From Eledone cirrhosa (taxonomy: Eukaryota), in contig OZ024747.1 of the NCBI GenBank assembly GCA_964016885.1, forward strand, positions 24,924,001 through 24,988,000: a DNA stretch of 64,000 nucleotides, read 5' to 3'. Shown one piece after another: positions 1 through 13,039 of the stretch. Within the stretch, counting starts at the first letter, position 1; the number at the start of each line of letters is the position of its first letter. A program made the position numbers and the translations under genes. The notes below the pieces were generated by a model. That model did not search any database. It was given only the letters and a program-made list of their open reading frames with translations, and had not been told where the DNA came from.

Positions 1-80
1 GGAAGAGATGCAGTTGTTTTTCTGTGAACATCTGCTGGTACTATATATATATAATGCTAAAAAATTTCTGTTGCTAATCT

Positions 81-132
<52 letters not shown>

Positions 133-669
133 GTATGTGTGTGTGTTTAAAACAACTACAGTTAAACCAGTTAAAATGTTAATCCTGTTTATCTTTCATT
201 CAAAAAGATGCTTATACATACACACTCACGTGTATATACATATATATATATACACACACACATGTATATATACATATATATACACACACACACACGTATA
301 TATACATATATATACACACACACACGTATATATATATATATATACACACACAAGTATATATGCATATATATACACACACACACGTATATATACATATATA
401 TATACACACACACATACATATATACACACAAACACACATATATATATATATATATACATACACACACATGAGAGAGAGAGAGAGAGAGAGAGAGTTTAAA
501 GCCACCACAGTTAATCCAGTTTATCTCTCACTCAACAAGATGATAATTTCAACAACGAAAATTAAATCGGATTTTTTTTCTCTCCAATGTAAGATTAACA
601 TCATTTACACTTTCTCATCATGTTTTCTGAAATGATATTAATTATCAACTCTGAAATAGTATTTTATTC

Positions 670-844
670 TTTATCATTATCATTGCTCCCACCATCACCA
701 TCAACACCATCATCATCACCATCACAACCACAATCATTGCCATGGTCATTATTACCACCACTACCACCATCATCACCATCATCACTGTCATAATATCTAA
801 AATCATCACTATCACCTCTGTTGAAACCATCCCCACCCACCACT

Positions 845-875
<31 letters not shown>

Positions 876-1150
876 CCATTATCAACAACAACATAACCAT
901 CACCATCGGAACAAACACCAACACTGCCATCATCATCACTCTCATAATCCCCATCAACACAACCGCCACCATCATTACCAACACCATTGTAAACAACATA
1001 ACTACTATCATCACTACCAACACAACCACTACCATCATCATAATCAACACAAACAGCACCATCACTACTAAGACTGCCATCATCATCATCATCAGCACAC
1101 CTCACCCACCCATATCAACACACCCCACCCACCCACATCACCACCACCAT
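670..1150. repeat. Degenerate (CAT/CAC/CAA)n trinucleotide low-complexity tract
   Basis: Visible triplet repeats; explains the His-, Ile/Thr- and Met/Val-rich ORFs. Confidence 0.9.
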
Positions 1151-1389
1151 CTACAACAGCAGCCTAAAATGGAGTGAAATGGGTTTGCCATGCCAATACT
1201 GAAGTGTATATAAGCGAGGCATGACCCTGCCCATCTGGAAGAACAGTAATTCCAAGTAAGCATTAATTTGGTCTGTAATGACCCAGCATACAAAAGTGCA
1301 TGTAAAATAATGATATATTTGCTTTACAAGTTTGGAATCCGACAGCCGTGTCCACTAGATGCTTTCTTTATTGTTGGCTTTGTTTTCTG

Positions 1390-1617
1390 AGTCCCGCCGA
1401 GGTTGACTTTGCCTTTCAACCTTACGGAGTCGATAAAATAAAGTACCAGTAATGCACTGGATAATTGCTGGCCTTGTGCCTAAAGTAGAAACAATTATTT
1501 ACATAAATCCTGCTGAGGTTAGCTTTGCTCTTTATCCTTACGGGGTTGATAAAATATAGCACCAGTAATGTACTGGGGTAATTGCTGGCCTTGTGCCAAA
1601 AGTAGAAACAATTATTT
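1390..1617 (+). mobile_element. Two tandem 5'-truncated copies of the tRNA-derived SINE (Nin/Deu-domain-like)
   Basis: Two copies of TTTGCCTTTCA..CTTACGG.GTCGATAAAATAAAGTACCAG...GGCCTTGTGCC.AAAGTAGAAACAATTATT, matching the full copy at 1931-2120. Confidence 0.85.
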
Positions 1618-1930
1618 ACATATAAGTATATATATAGTGTATATATGTGTATGTAAATTTAGGGTAGGTATTGCTGGTGAATAGACTGGTTGGAGCAATA
1701 ATAAACTTACACATCATAAGAAACAACTAAAAGGGTTGGTGTCAAGAAGGGCATCCAGCAGTAAAACATTGCCTCAAATAGTCCCATCTGCCCATGCCAT
1801 CAGGGAAAAGTTGCCATAAAAACGTGGCATGGTTTCTTCTTACTACCAGCCACTTTACATTGTGTACTGTGTGTATTTTATCACGTCACTGCCACTATCA
1901 ATACATTTAACATCATTATTGTTTAACAAG

Positions 1931-2120
1931 GGCGGTGGATTGGCAGTATCGGTAGAGGGTCGGACGCCATGCTTTCCAGCATAGTTACGTCCCTTTACGA
2001 TCTGAGTTCAAATCCCGCCGAGGTTGACTTTGCCTTTCATCCTTACGGGGTCGATAAAATAAAGTACCAGTAATGCACTGGGTATTTGCTGGCCTTGTGC
2101 CTAAAGTAGAAACAATTATT
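1931..2120 (+). mobile_element. Full-length tRNA-derived SINE with Nin/Deu-like core
   Basis: A-box-like TGGCAGTATCGG, B-box GAGTTCAAATCC, core GCCTTTCATCCTTACGGGGTCGATAAAATAAAGTACCAG and ATT tail; about 18 related copies in the window. Confidence 0.88.
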
Positions 2121-2129
2121 GTTTAACTT

Positions 2130-2390
2130 CTTTTTTACCTGAAAGAAAGGGTTGTACATGTCATCACAGACTAGTCAGTACTTAAGCAGAACCACTGATC
2201 ACCATGTGGGCCAGGGGGTCCAGTATAAAATCCTGTTCTCTGCCAAGTGCATTTAATCATGGCACCAACATTAGAGAAGTTGTTATGCCATTGATAAACA
2301 GAAGTGAGCTGATGGCTGAGCCCTGGTGGACACCTACCTGTACTTCAAACAATTCAAATTCATCCTGCACTTACTGCCAATCCTCACCTT
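2130..2390 (-). mobile_element. Degenerate RTE-clade RT fragment
   Basis: Minus strand reads FEVQVGVHQGSAIS, matching VKVGVHQGSVLS of the RT at 37301-37965. Confidence 0.65.
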
Positions 2391-2396
2391 ATATAT

Positions 2397-2461
<65 letters not shown>

Positions 2462-2672
2462 ATAAGGTAGTTTTCATTTTTTGATGATAAAATCAAGCTT
2501 ATGGAGTGATTATGTAACTATTAATGAAGAAGCAGCTTACCAAATAGTTTTCTCAACATGTATAATCAAGTCCTGCAATATAATATTTCATTTTCTGAGA
2601 AATCATTGAGTAAGGAAGTAATACAAGGGAGTGATTGGAGCAGTTAATATCTCTAAACAGCTCTCGTAGACC

Positions 2673-2704
2673 CTCTGACAAATCTCAATGATGAAACGTG
2701 TTAG
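2673..2704 (+). ncRNA. Degenerate minimal hammerhead ribozyme motif
   Basis: CT-CTGACAA-ATC tcaat GAT-GAA-AC gt GT-T-AG; C3/A8 mismatch and only 2-bp stem I. Confidence 0.35.
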
Positions 2705-2991
2705 AATGTACAATTAAATAATTTTTTCTAATCACGCCTTGTCTGTTTTTCCTAACATATTGATTTATATATATATTCTCACACTCACACACTGTGTTAG
2801 GAATAGGTACACCATATTCATGCATATTGTAAAAGGCAACTGGTAGGGTTGGTACCAGAAAGGGTTTTAGGTCATGAAACATTGCCTTAAAAAGGACCCC
2901 TAATAGTTATGAAGTTTGTCATAGGCCTGCATGGCTAACCCCTGGCTTGGTAAAGAAAATGACCTTAAAAACTTGTTGATTATTCTGTGTA

Positions 2992-3045
<54 letters not shown>

Positions 3046-3088
3046 GCAACATCTTTATATATATACATGAATACACAGACTCCAACAT

Positions 3089-3139
<51 letters not shown>

Positions 3140-3389
3140 TGTGTGTGAAGGTGAATATCTGAGGAGAATTAATATTTTGTTAAGTGACAAAGGAAATAAA
3201 CTTCTTAAGTGTTCGTATTTATAACATGTGAAGGTGACATAGAAAAATGAAGAATATATAATTAGTTCTGTATGACACACACTCATATATATATATATAT
3301 ACATAGCTATAGATAAATATATGTATATAAATGTATGTATTAATGTATATATATGCGCACACATGTACACATATTCATATATATGTACT

Positions 3390-3459
<70 letters not shown>

Positions 3460-3859
3460 TACATACATGCACACACACATACATATATAGAGAGAGAGGG
3501 AGAGAGAGTGTGAGTGAGTAGTGTCGCCATAGCAATTGAAAGAGGCTGTATTTTAAAGGACCAATTTCTTTAGCCCAAGAACTGTCTCCTGTCTTCACAC
3601 AAGTCTTTCTCTCTGAAAGTCTATTTACCTCTTCAACAAACTACTTTCCTTTCTAGACTGTTTCCTTAGGGACCAATTAACTCACGAAACTATTTTCTTA
3701 TAGAACTATTTTCATGGGCGCAATACTACAACTGTTCACTGACTAAAATTACTACTTTCTTATGTATGTGACTATTTAGTAAAGATTAATACTGATGAGT
3801 AATTTGATATCAAATTGCCTGAAACAACCCCTGATTCTACAATACAAAACTCATCTCCA

Positions 3860-4380
3860 TTTCTATGACTTATCTCTATTTCTATATGACTTACCACTGC
3901 TTCGATGATTCATCTCTTGTTCTATGACCTATCTCTTCTATTACTTATCTCTTGTTCTATGACCTATCTCTTCGATGACTCATCTCTTGTTCTATGACCT
4001 ATCTCTTCGATGACTCATCTCTTGTTCTATGACCTATCTCTTCGATGACTCATCTCTTGTTCTATGACCTATCTCTTCTATTACTTATCTCTTGTTCTAT
4101 GACATTTCTCATTCTATGATTCATCTCTTGTTCTGTGATTTATCTCTCTTTCTAAGACGTATCCCTCTGTATATGGCTCATCTCTGCTTGTATGCCCATC
4201 TCTGCTTCTATGACATATATCTCTTTATATGATATCTTTTGTGCCATGATTTATCTCTCCTTCTATGACTTATTTCTGCTTCTATGACTCATCTCTTGTT
4301 CTGTGACTTATCTCTCCTTCTATGACTCATCTCTCTTTCTATCACTCATGAAATAGCTGCTTCGATGATTTACCTCTTGT
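3860..4380. repeat. Degenerate minisatellite, about 16-19 bp subunits and 35-bp dimer (CTATGACCTATCTCTTCGATGACTCATCTCTTGTT)
   Basis: Near-perfect 35-bp units at about 3920-4100, decaying on both sides. Confidence 0.85.
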
Positions 4381-4799
4381 TCACATAATAATACAAGCTT
4401 TCATTTTATCAAAGTCCCAAACATCTAGGGAATGTTTATAATCGAATGAACCCCAGTAAATGCCTGGTACATATTTTATTGACTCCTGAGAGAAGAAACC
4501 TAGGGTCAATACCAGTGGGAATTGAATTCAAAACAATTATGTAAGTTCAACTAAATTGATTTTAATGTTTAGCTTCAAATCTTGGTTTCAGCCCTCTGAG
4601 GGAATAAAAGAAGTACCAGGGTGAATTTAATTAGCTTTATTCCTCCATTACAAATATATCAGATAGTACCAATGGGAAATAATCATTATTATTAACTTTC
4701 TTAAGGCACAGAGGACTTGGTCTTTGAAATTTTTCATGTTGCATTCCTGCCAATAACACGTAAATTAATTTCCTGGGCCTTCTAGTTAACATCTCATTT

Positions 4800-4940
4800 T
4801 ATTCTTTTACTGATTTCATTCATTAGAGTGCAGTTATGCTGGGGCACCACCTTAAAATCGATCATATAGACCCCCATGTCTGGTACTTTTTATATTGATC
4901 TGTTTCTGTCAAACCACTTGATGACAGTACATAGACACAG
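4800..4940 (-). mobile_element. 3' end of a second SINE family (TAAAAGA tail)
   Basis: Reverse complement GGTGGTGCCCCAGCATAAC...GTAAAAGAATAAAA resembles 63719-63786. Confidence 0.6.
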
Positions 4941-5169
4941 ACATAGAATACATACACACACGTAAATATATATATTCAAAACACTGGGTGGGGTGGGGCA
5001 CAGGACAAAGACAATTGCAAAATGGACAGTCCCATCTCCTTAGTTGCCCTCTGGAAATCACTACAGTTTTGGTGCATTAAGTTTGAGGCTGTTCATTCCT
5101 GTGCACATTGGGACATAACAAAATAGATAGAGACAAGGCAGGACAAGTTTATATATATGTATATTATTC

Positions 5170-5738
5170 AGACAACATGCTTTGCAGCATAGAGTTCTGG
5201 CCCTTTACGTTCTGGGTTCAAATTCCGTGATGGTTGGCTTTGCCTTTCATCCTTACAGGGTCGATAAAATAAAGCACCAGTAATGCACTGGAGTAATTGC
5301 TGGCCTTGTGCCAAAAGTAGAAACAATTATTATTATTATCATTGAGGGCGATGGATTGTTAGTATCAGTAGAGCATCAGACAATATGCTTTGTGGCATAG
5401 AGTTACGGCCCTTTACATTCCGAGATCGAATCTTACCGAAGTTAGCTTTGCCTTTCATCCTTATGGGGTTGATAAATAAAGCACCAGTAATGCACTGGGG
5501 TCGATTTAATTGACTTTCCCCTCACCCCAAATCGCTGGCCTTGTGCCTATAGTAGAAATCATTATTATTATTATTGCTTTGACGCATAGAGTTATGGCCC
5601 TTGCCACTCTGAGTTCAAATCCCGCCGAGGTTAACTTTGCCTTTCATCCTTACGGGGTCGATAAAATAAAGTACCAGTAATGTACTGGGTAATTGCTGGA
5701 CTTGTGCCAATAGTAGAAACAATTATTATTATTATTAT
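5170..5738 (+). mobile_element. Three tandem Nin/Deu-like SINE copies
   Basis: Three successive core plus AGTAGAAAC/(ATT)n tail units ending near 5335, 5570 and 5735. Confidence 0.88.
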
Positions 5739-5779
5739 TCTCATCCCTGTCACTATTGACAATGGTGACTCTCATTATG

Positions 5780-6660
5780 ATGTCTCTTCGGTGCCTTTCC
5801 ACTCACTGGGCAGGTTACGATTCTAAAAGAGTGCAGCCATTCTTTGTTTGCTTCCTCCAATCACTTTAGTCTGCTGTCATGTTGACTGGTTGAAGTGGAA
5901 GGTGTTCAGATCCTCTCTGATGCAGTCCTTCCAGTGCTTCTGTAGGTGGCTTCTGATTCTCTTGCCATTTGCTAATTCACCAAACAGGAGCTAGTTTCGA
6001 ATGTGACTATCTTCCATTTGGCATATTTGGCCAAGTCATCTGAGACAGTTGTTCTGGATCATTGTTTCAGCCATAGCTGTCCTTGCATGACATAGAATCA
6101 TCTTATCTGAAGTATCTGCCACAAAGAAAGTTGATGGAAAGCTTCTAATTTGCATAGGTGGTGATCAAGCATGTGCCACATCTCACTGCAAACAACAGTG
6201 ATGGGAGAACGATGGCTTTGTACACTGTGAGTTTTGTTGAAACTGATAGGCCTTTGTAATTCCATACTGTGGCATTAAGAGAGTGGAAAGCAGCAGTACC
6301 ACAAGATATTCTGCACGTAATCTCTGAATTCATGGACAAATCATCAGACATATCTCCTCCAAGGTGAAATTAAGAGTGAAATCGTCAATCTTGGTTGGTT
6401 GTGGATTCACACAGCCAGCATACATGACCTCGGTTTTTGGCTTGCTAATTGTCAGCCCCTATTCTTTACAGGAATAATTCAAAGCAGTGGCTGTGTTTTG
6501 AAAAGAGCGTGCACTTGATTTAGCCATGTCTGTGTCATCTGCATAAAAGAAGTTACCCTGTCTTTACTTTGACTTAATGCAAATTGAAGAGGTTGCCATC
6601 AAGTTTGTAGCACACACCAATGATTAGGTGAGACCCGCTGATGAAGTCACATGGATTGAT
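5780..6660 (-). mobile_element. Degenerate RTE (BovB-like) RT 3' half
   Basis: Minus strand YADD near 6535-6546; ORF 6145-6351 contains GLSVSTKLTVYKAIVLPSLLF, typical of the RTE thumb region; several stops and frameshifts. Confidence 0.8.
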
Positions 6661-6934
6661 TGTGCATTATTGCATAATAAATGCAGACAATTGATGCTAT
6701 ACGCTCTCTTGCTATATTAAGTGTGACCGAAATTCAAGTACGGATATGAATTTATGGTACCCATTTACGTGTGTTGTATTGAAACATATAACCTTGCGTC
6801 TACTCTAGGATTTTTACATAACCTCACCTATTGAGTAGGCTGAGATGCAACTGGTACTAGCAGGGAAACCCTATGCTAGTCCCGTCAACTTATTATATAA
6901 ATAACAAAATAAGATGTTGAAGTTAATCGTTTAA

Positions 6935-6998
6935 TCATTATAATTATTTCCACGGTTCTCCATGCATTTGTTGTTATGAGAACGGTATCCTCAGATGA
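6935..6998 (-). ncRNA. Type I hammerhead ribozyme (long stem II, palindromic stem III)
   Basis: Minus strand TCAT-CTGAGGA-TACcGTTCTC...GAGAACcGTG-GAA-ATAATTAT-A-ATGA; stems I and II pair and the core is intact; AUA site. Confidence 0.7.
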
Positions 6999-7959
6999 AA
7001 TCTGATTTATTTGATATGCCGCCGGCAGGAATAAGCACACGTCCTTTAGCTCGTATTATACGGTTGTCCGTTTGATGGGACTGAACTTGAAACCATGTAG
7101 TTGCGAAGTGAACTCCTTAACCCATGTCTGTGCTTACAGTTACACTTCATTGGTAAATATTTTGAATCATCACAGCCGAAAGTACTAGGTGTGAAAAGGT
7201 TGAACTTAAAATTATTATAACTATCGACTATATCTCCACAAATAAAATAAATTTAAGGGAGATAACTTTCTCTTTCTTAATAGCTTCCCTTTGATTCATT
7301 AACTCATATTTTCAGTCATAAACACTCGTTTCATCTACAGCTTACTCAACTTTAGCAGTGATGCGCATATGTACCCATATACAATATAATATTGGTTTCT
7401 GATTTAGGCGCGAGGCCAACAATTTGGGGGGAAGGGAAAGTTGATCAAATCGACCCCAGTAAGTTACTGGTACTTTATTTTATCGACCTTGTAAGGATAA
7501 ATATAATAATAATAATACATTTAATCTTGGCGTATTTTAAGCTGCGATCAGAATAAACCCATATACGTATAATAAACATAGCGGCGAATTGGCAGAGTCA
7601 TTAGAACGTCAGATAGAATGTTTTATGATATTCATTCAAATCTCGCCGATGTCAACTATTTCTTTCATCCTTTCGAGGTCGATAAAAAGTACCAGTCTAG
7701 TACTGGGTGAATTCTTCCTCTATATCTCTTTCTCTCACTTCTATCTTTCTCTGGAAGAAATCTGCTGTACTCAGGTCTGGAGAGGCTTAAAATACCCTAG
7801 AAACGCCGTATGTCAATACAGCGCCCCTACGACTCTATCAGAAGTTACAGGACACATAATAAACATATAGTAAATGAACCTATATATATACGTTTATGAA
7901 TATTAAACTTATATTTAGTCTTGATTTTAGTAGCTTAATACTCGTGGGCCAGTGTCGTC

Positions 7960-8135
7960 AATAATTGTTTCTACTTTTGGCACTAGGCCAGCACTTTCCC
8001 CAGTGCATTACTGGTGCTTTATAGTCCCGTAAGGATGAAAGGCAAAGTTAACCTTGGCGGGATTTGAACTCAGAACGTAAGGGACCATAACTCTATGCTG
8101 CAAAGCATGGTGTCTGACGCACTATCGATAATGCC
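7960..8135 (-). mobile_element. Nin/Deu-like SINE copy
   Basis: Reverse complement of the 1931-2120 family; more decayed copies at about 7395-7500 (-) and 7580-7710 (+). Confidence 0.85.
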
Positions 8136-8609
8136 ACAAGGCTGATGTTATATGAACAATCATATAAACTGGAATATTTGAGTTTTGATAAATTAATGGT
8201 TTGCAGAAGAGAAACCCTATAGTATATGTTGATTATTGACATGTGCATATAATGTTCAGCAGATATGTAAATATGACGTGCTGAATAAATTGGAGAAATA
8301 GCTATCTATAGGGACAAATGAAGGGTTATAGCCAGGGACGTTATGATTGTAGCAACATGACTGATATAGGAAATACAGTGAGTGTAAATTTAAAAAAAAT
8401 AGACAGACGAACTGAGTTATTTCCCTTGAATTAGCAAACTTAGAATGTCTGTATATTTGTATGTGTATGTATTTTGTCATTCTTTAGTCCTAATCAGCCG
8501 CATTCTAACTCGAAAACATCCCATTTTCTTTAAATATACCTAGGACTACATTATCTAATGTGCCGTTCAATTTTTCAGATAGCAAGTGTAATTTAGCTGC
8601 TCTGCTTAA

Positions 8610-8845
8610 CCGTTCTAACTATTTTTCTAGCCTGCGTTGTTCGAGACGTTTGGAGGAGCTAGGTTGCTAACAGCGGAGTTCTTGTCATCGTTAGCGGCTC
8701 GCCTTACCTATGTGTCAAGTGATGCACGTGAGGGTGCCTGATTGTTTCAGCGCCTTAGCCTCACTGTCACTTGCGGTAGTGTTACGTGTGTTGGCTTGCC
8801 TCAAACATTTCCCTTATGGCGTGTGGCTGATTGACGCACATATAT
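8610..8845 (+). mobile_element. 3' fragment of a restriction-like-endonuclease (CRE-type) non-LTR retrotransposon
   Basis: Translates FETFGGARLLTAEFLSSLAARLTYVSSDAREGA*LFQRLSLTV, matching the ETxG...RE..WL.QRLS C-terminus of these elements; paralog at 14635-14810. Confidence 0.7.
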
Positions 8846-9431
8846 TATGATTTATAAATGAAATATGTTATTCATACAATGTTATATACTAAATAGTATG
8901 TGTACTATATCAGCTTTATATAAAACATACTATATATATAGAGAGAGAGAGGAGGGGGGACATATGTCTTATCAGAAACACAGCATTTTGTACATATGTT
9001 GCGAGGAAAAATTCCCACGGTGATTTTCCGCAGGCGACATAACTTAAGCATATAGAAGAACCACATCGCCAAAATTAAACAGCTAAGTAGGAAATGATTG
9101 CAAGAAAGATAGCTGGGATATTTCGGCCTGGTCATTCTATGCTACATCGCCTGTACGACAAAAAAAAAGCCTGCCACATAACTGTTTACTACTATCTTTG
9201 CTGGCAACATAACTATCTGACTATAAACATGTCACTTTTTTTAAGGGAACATCCCATGGTAAATAAAGAAACTCCTTGTACAACACAATATTTATTTGTG
9301 AACACTATAATCGACGATTGTATTTACAACTCGAAGTAGTCATATATTTCCTTTTTGTGGGTGAAGTAAAGCAAAATTGTTGGTTCTGGTCGTGTTCGTC
9401 ATTTCTTCCACAACAAATAGGTTTCGTTTCG

Positions 9432-9472
<41 letters not shown>

Positions 9473-10129
9473 GTGGTTACACAAAGAGTTAGTTCACCAT
9501 ACCGAGAACAATTGTTTTACCATATATATATAGAGAGAGAGAGGGGGGAGGGGCAATATGTAGGAGAATATACATACTTTAAGGTGGTACTAAATTTTAG
9601 TATTCCCTTAAAGTATGTATACTTTCATCTTATTTGCTCTATATATATGTACAAATTGCTATGTTTCTCAAAAGATATATGCCTTTTTTCCTCTCGCAAT
9701 CTCACCATTTAGATCTAAATCATTTTAAGGTCATGTGCCGAGTGACCAGAAGACCCGAATGGTTAAAAATTTTGTAACATCCTATCAGCCTTCGTCCTCC
9801 CCCGCTCATACTAGGGGAGCTAACTCGTACCCCCCTATCTCTCCCTCTATTGTCGGATTCAGTCGAAATTAGCTTTGTTCGTCCCCTTATTCACCCCAGC
9901 ACTCCCTAACAGCTAGCTTGTCTCCAACGTCACCTACCCCCTATTCGAGCCGAGTTAATGCTGTTCACTCGGTTTTCTGCTTTCTCTATCACTAACATAC
10001 CCCCACCGTCTTTTTCTCCCTGCCTGAATCCTAATTCTAATGTTGACCCCCTCTGATGCTGCCAATTCACTAGAAGTCGATATTTGAAGACCATCAAATG
10101 TGTGCGTGTGTGTGTGTGTATAGTAATAT

Positions 10130-10346
10130 TGGTTTCTTATATAGGCACAAGGCCAGTAATTTGAGGAGAAGGGAAAGTCGATTAAATCGACCTCAGTGCG
10201 TGACTGGTACTTTATTTTATCGACCCCATAAGGATGAAAGGCAAAGTTAACCTCGGCGAGATTTGAGCTCAGATCATAAAGAGCCGTAACTCTATGCTGC
10301 AAAGCACGGCGTCCGACCCTCTACCGATACTGCCAATCCACCGCCC
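10130..10346 (-). mobile_element. Full-length Nin/Deu-like SINE
   Basis: Reverse complement begins GGGCGGTGGATTGGCAGTATCGGTAGAGGG, same head as 1931. Confidence 0.9.
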
Positions 10347-11251
10347 TCCGTGCAATATTTCGCGGTCATCGGCCGTCGAAATGAACGAACATAGTTTAGA
10401 CCCCTACCCACAGTACTGTTGGTCCATTCGGAGTCAAAAATAGTCAAAGGCTGCTCTTAGAGTATTAAAACGAAAACAAAACAAAACTTACGTGTTAAGA
10501 ATTAAATGTTCGTCATTTAAGTCGTAATCTACGTGATGAAATGAGGCAGTTAGACCTGTTGACAGAGACGCACGGAGAATGTGACGCTCGAAGTAGAAAA
10601 TAATTTTTGGCTGTTTTGTGGAAGACAACAAAACGAATGAACGCGGCAATAATCAGCTGATAGGAAAGGAGATATGTTGTGGTAAAATAGGCAACTTAAC
10701 AAAAAAAAGAAGAGGGGAGCCACGTGCATCATTGGTGATATTGTAATATTAGCAACACGTAAAAAATACTCCATGGTCATCAGCCGTCGAAATAGATGTA
10801 CACAATTTGACACCTACCAGCGATACTGCTGTTCTATCTGGGGTCACAGCGTGTGACAAAATAGTCAAACATTTTCCTTAGAGTATTAAGACCAAAACAA
10901 AATAAAACTTGCATTTATAGAATTAAATGTACGATGTTTAAGTCGTACAATACTCAACGAAGAGGGCCTTTTTTCAGTAAAATATAGTTTAAAAAGCTGT
11001 TACCACTTTTGATACCAAACCATCTGAAAATGGATCGACAATACAGTTTGTTTTCCATTGTAATTTTATGAAATAATCTTGATGTTGTTATGTTTCATAA
11101 GTCAGCTTCATAATGAGAAAGTTAGTTCCAGTTACGTGTATTAAATGGACTTTGATATGTAAATTTGGTAATTTGCTGTGCTTTTAAGTTGTGTGTATGA
11201 GGGGTTCACTGAACCTAAAGTGCTCCCCACCCCAAAATCTAAATCCGTCCT

Positions 11252-11282
<31 letters not shown>

Positions 11283-11391
11283 ACGGCAGACTTCTGGTCA
11301 GTATCCGTGTACGAATTTTCGTTCACATAGCATTGATTCACTCATACATATGCGCACAAGCCGACGAGTAAACTCTAATGTTAACATGTAC

Positions 11392-12245
11392 TATACGAAG
11401 GAGTGATGCTAAAGCTGTGAAATCTTGCATGCCTTGACTTTAACTCTTCTTATTAATAACTAGATTGTTTCTTTCCAGGTAAACTGACACCTGACTGTTC
11501 AAAAAAGACTTCAGAAGTAACTAGTAGCGACTTCTCTTGAAAATGAATAAAATTTGGCATCGTGGTTTAGCCCCCAGGGACATTCATGCTGACATGGTTC
11601 CTACATTAATGGATGACGGTGCAGCTTTATCAAGTGTGCAAAAGCGAGCAGCTGAATTTAGGAGGGAAAGGGAAAATCTTGAAGATGACCCAAGGTCTGA
11701 ACGTCCTGTAACTGCCGCCACCGAGGAAAACATTGATCGTCTTCACTACATGGTCACCACAATGTTATCGTGGATTGGCAGTATCGGTAGAGGGTCGGAT
11801 GCCATACTTTCCAGCATAGTTACGTCCCTTAACGATCTGAGTTCAAATCCCGTCGGGGTTGACTTTGCCTTTCATCCTTACGGGGTCGATAAAATAAAGT
11901 ACCAGTAATGCACTGGGTAATTGCTGGCCTTGTGCCAAAAGTAGAAACAATTATTAACATATCCCATGAGAGAATTGAGAATATATCTGCACAGTGAACT
12001 TGGCATGACGAATGTTTCTGCACTGTAGGTGCCACGTCTTCTGATACCTAATCAAAAGCGCATGGGGCTGATCACATCACGGGAAAAATCTGCCATTGTT
12101 TGAAGCAAATCCAGCTGGTTTCCTTGAACGTTTTCTAACCCAGGATGTGTTGGGTTCATTATTTTTAGCCAGAGACAAAGACAACCCATGCAGTAGAAAC
12201 ACCCCTTTCGTCTGCTCCAAAGAAAGCTAAGGTTATTTCATACAA
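11392..12245 (+). mobile_element. Mariner transposase remnant interrupted by a SINE
   Basis: ORF 11537 has the mariner HTH segment VQKRAAEFRRERENLEDDPRSERPVTA; after the SINE the frameshifted sequence resumes with the (W)VPRLL-like motif (TAGGTGCCACGTCTTCTG) and PKKAKV. Confidence 0.8.
11768..11955 (+). mobile_element. Nin/Deu-like SINE inserted in the mariner remnant
   Basis: Near-identical to 1935-2120. Confidence 0.9.
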
Positions 12246-12407
12246 GTGCGAATAGATAAGTTTCGATGCTATTATACAAGAATACCATCATTTAATATAA
12301 TGTTAAAATCGTTTAATGTAAATACAATGTGTGTATGTGTTGCATAAACAAAAAATGATGGATTGGTGGAATGGTTACGTTTCGTCGTTTCTATTTAGTT
12401 TTTGTCA

Positions 12408-12630
12408 TAATTATTTAGGCACAAGGCCAGTAATTTCTTGGGGGGGGGGGTTAAATCAACCCCAGTGCATTACTGGTACTTTACTTTATCGACCTTGAAA
12501 AGATGAAAGGCAAAGCTAACCTCGGCTGGATTTGAACTTACGTTCTGAGTTCAGTTAGCTTTGCCTTTCATCCTTACGGCGTCGATAAAATAAAGTACCA
12601 GTAACGAACTGGAGTCGATTTAATCGACCT
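12408..12630. mobile_element. Two partial Nin/Deu-like SINEs in opposite orientation
   Basis: Minus copy about 12408-12538 abuts a plus copy about 12538-12630. Confidence 0.75.
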
Positions 12631-13039
12631 GGTCGTTTTCTCTTCTGATAGATGACTCAAACGATGCATCGCAACTGGTCCCAATTGTAGCAAGGTAGAA
12701 ATAATATATGCAGTATGCACTGTGTTGGCATTAACATAGGATGACATAATTTAGTCATGTCTAGAATTCATTATGTAAGCTAACTAGAAACAATTATGTA
12801 AGCTGTTTTTTGTTGTTGTTGTTTTTTTATGGGATGTCTTTGTAATCTCTTACGTAACATTGCTTCCTTTTCATCAATCAGATTTAAAGATGCACGTGAT
12901 TTCCACCTTGAAGATTTTGCATTGATTTATTTTACTTTTTTATAAGAGTACAAAATGAAAGAGGCAGTAAGATTAGCAAGGTGGTTAAGCCTAGAAATTG
13001 CAATTAATAGGTTTTGCACTGCAGAGTTTTTTCCAACTC

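Noticed and set aside
645-1177. His-rich and Met/Val-rich ORFs
   Set aside because: Trinucleotide low-complexity sequence.
1150-1260. Possible host exon ending in GTAAG
   Set aside because: No recognisable protein similarity or partner exons.
1931-2020. tRNA gene
   Set aside because: The A/B boxes belong to a multi-copy SINE head; no cloverleaf.
10776-10783. Minus-strand CTGATGA
   Set aside because: No downstream stem II and GAAA.
12644-12682. CTGATAGATG...CATCGCAACTGGTC hammerhead-like string
   Set aside because: Both core segments deviate and there is no stem I.
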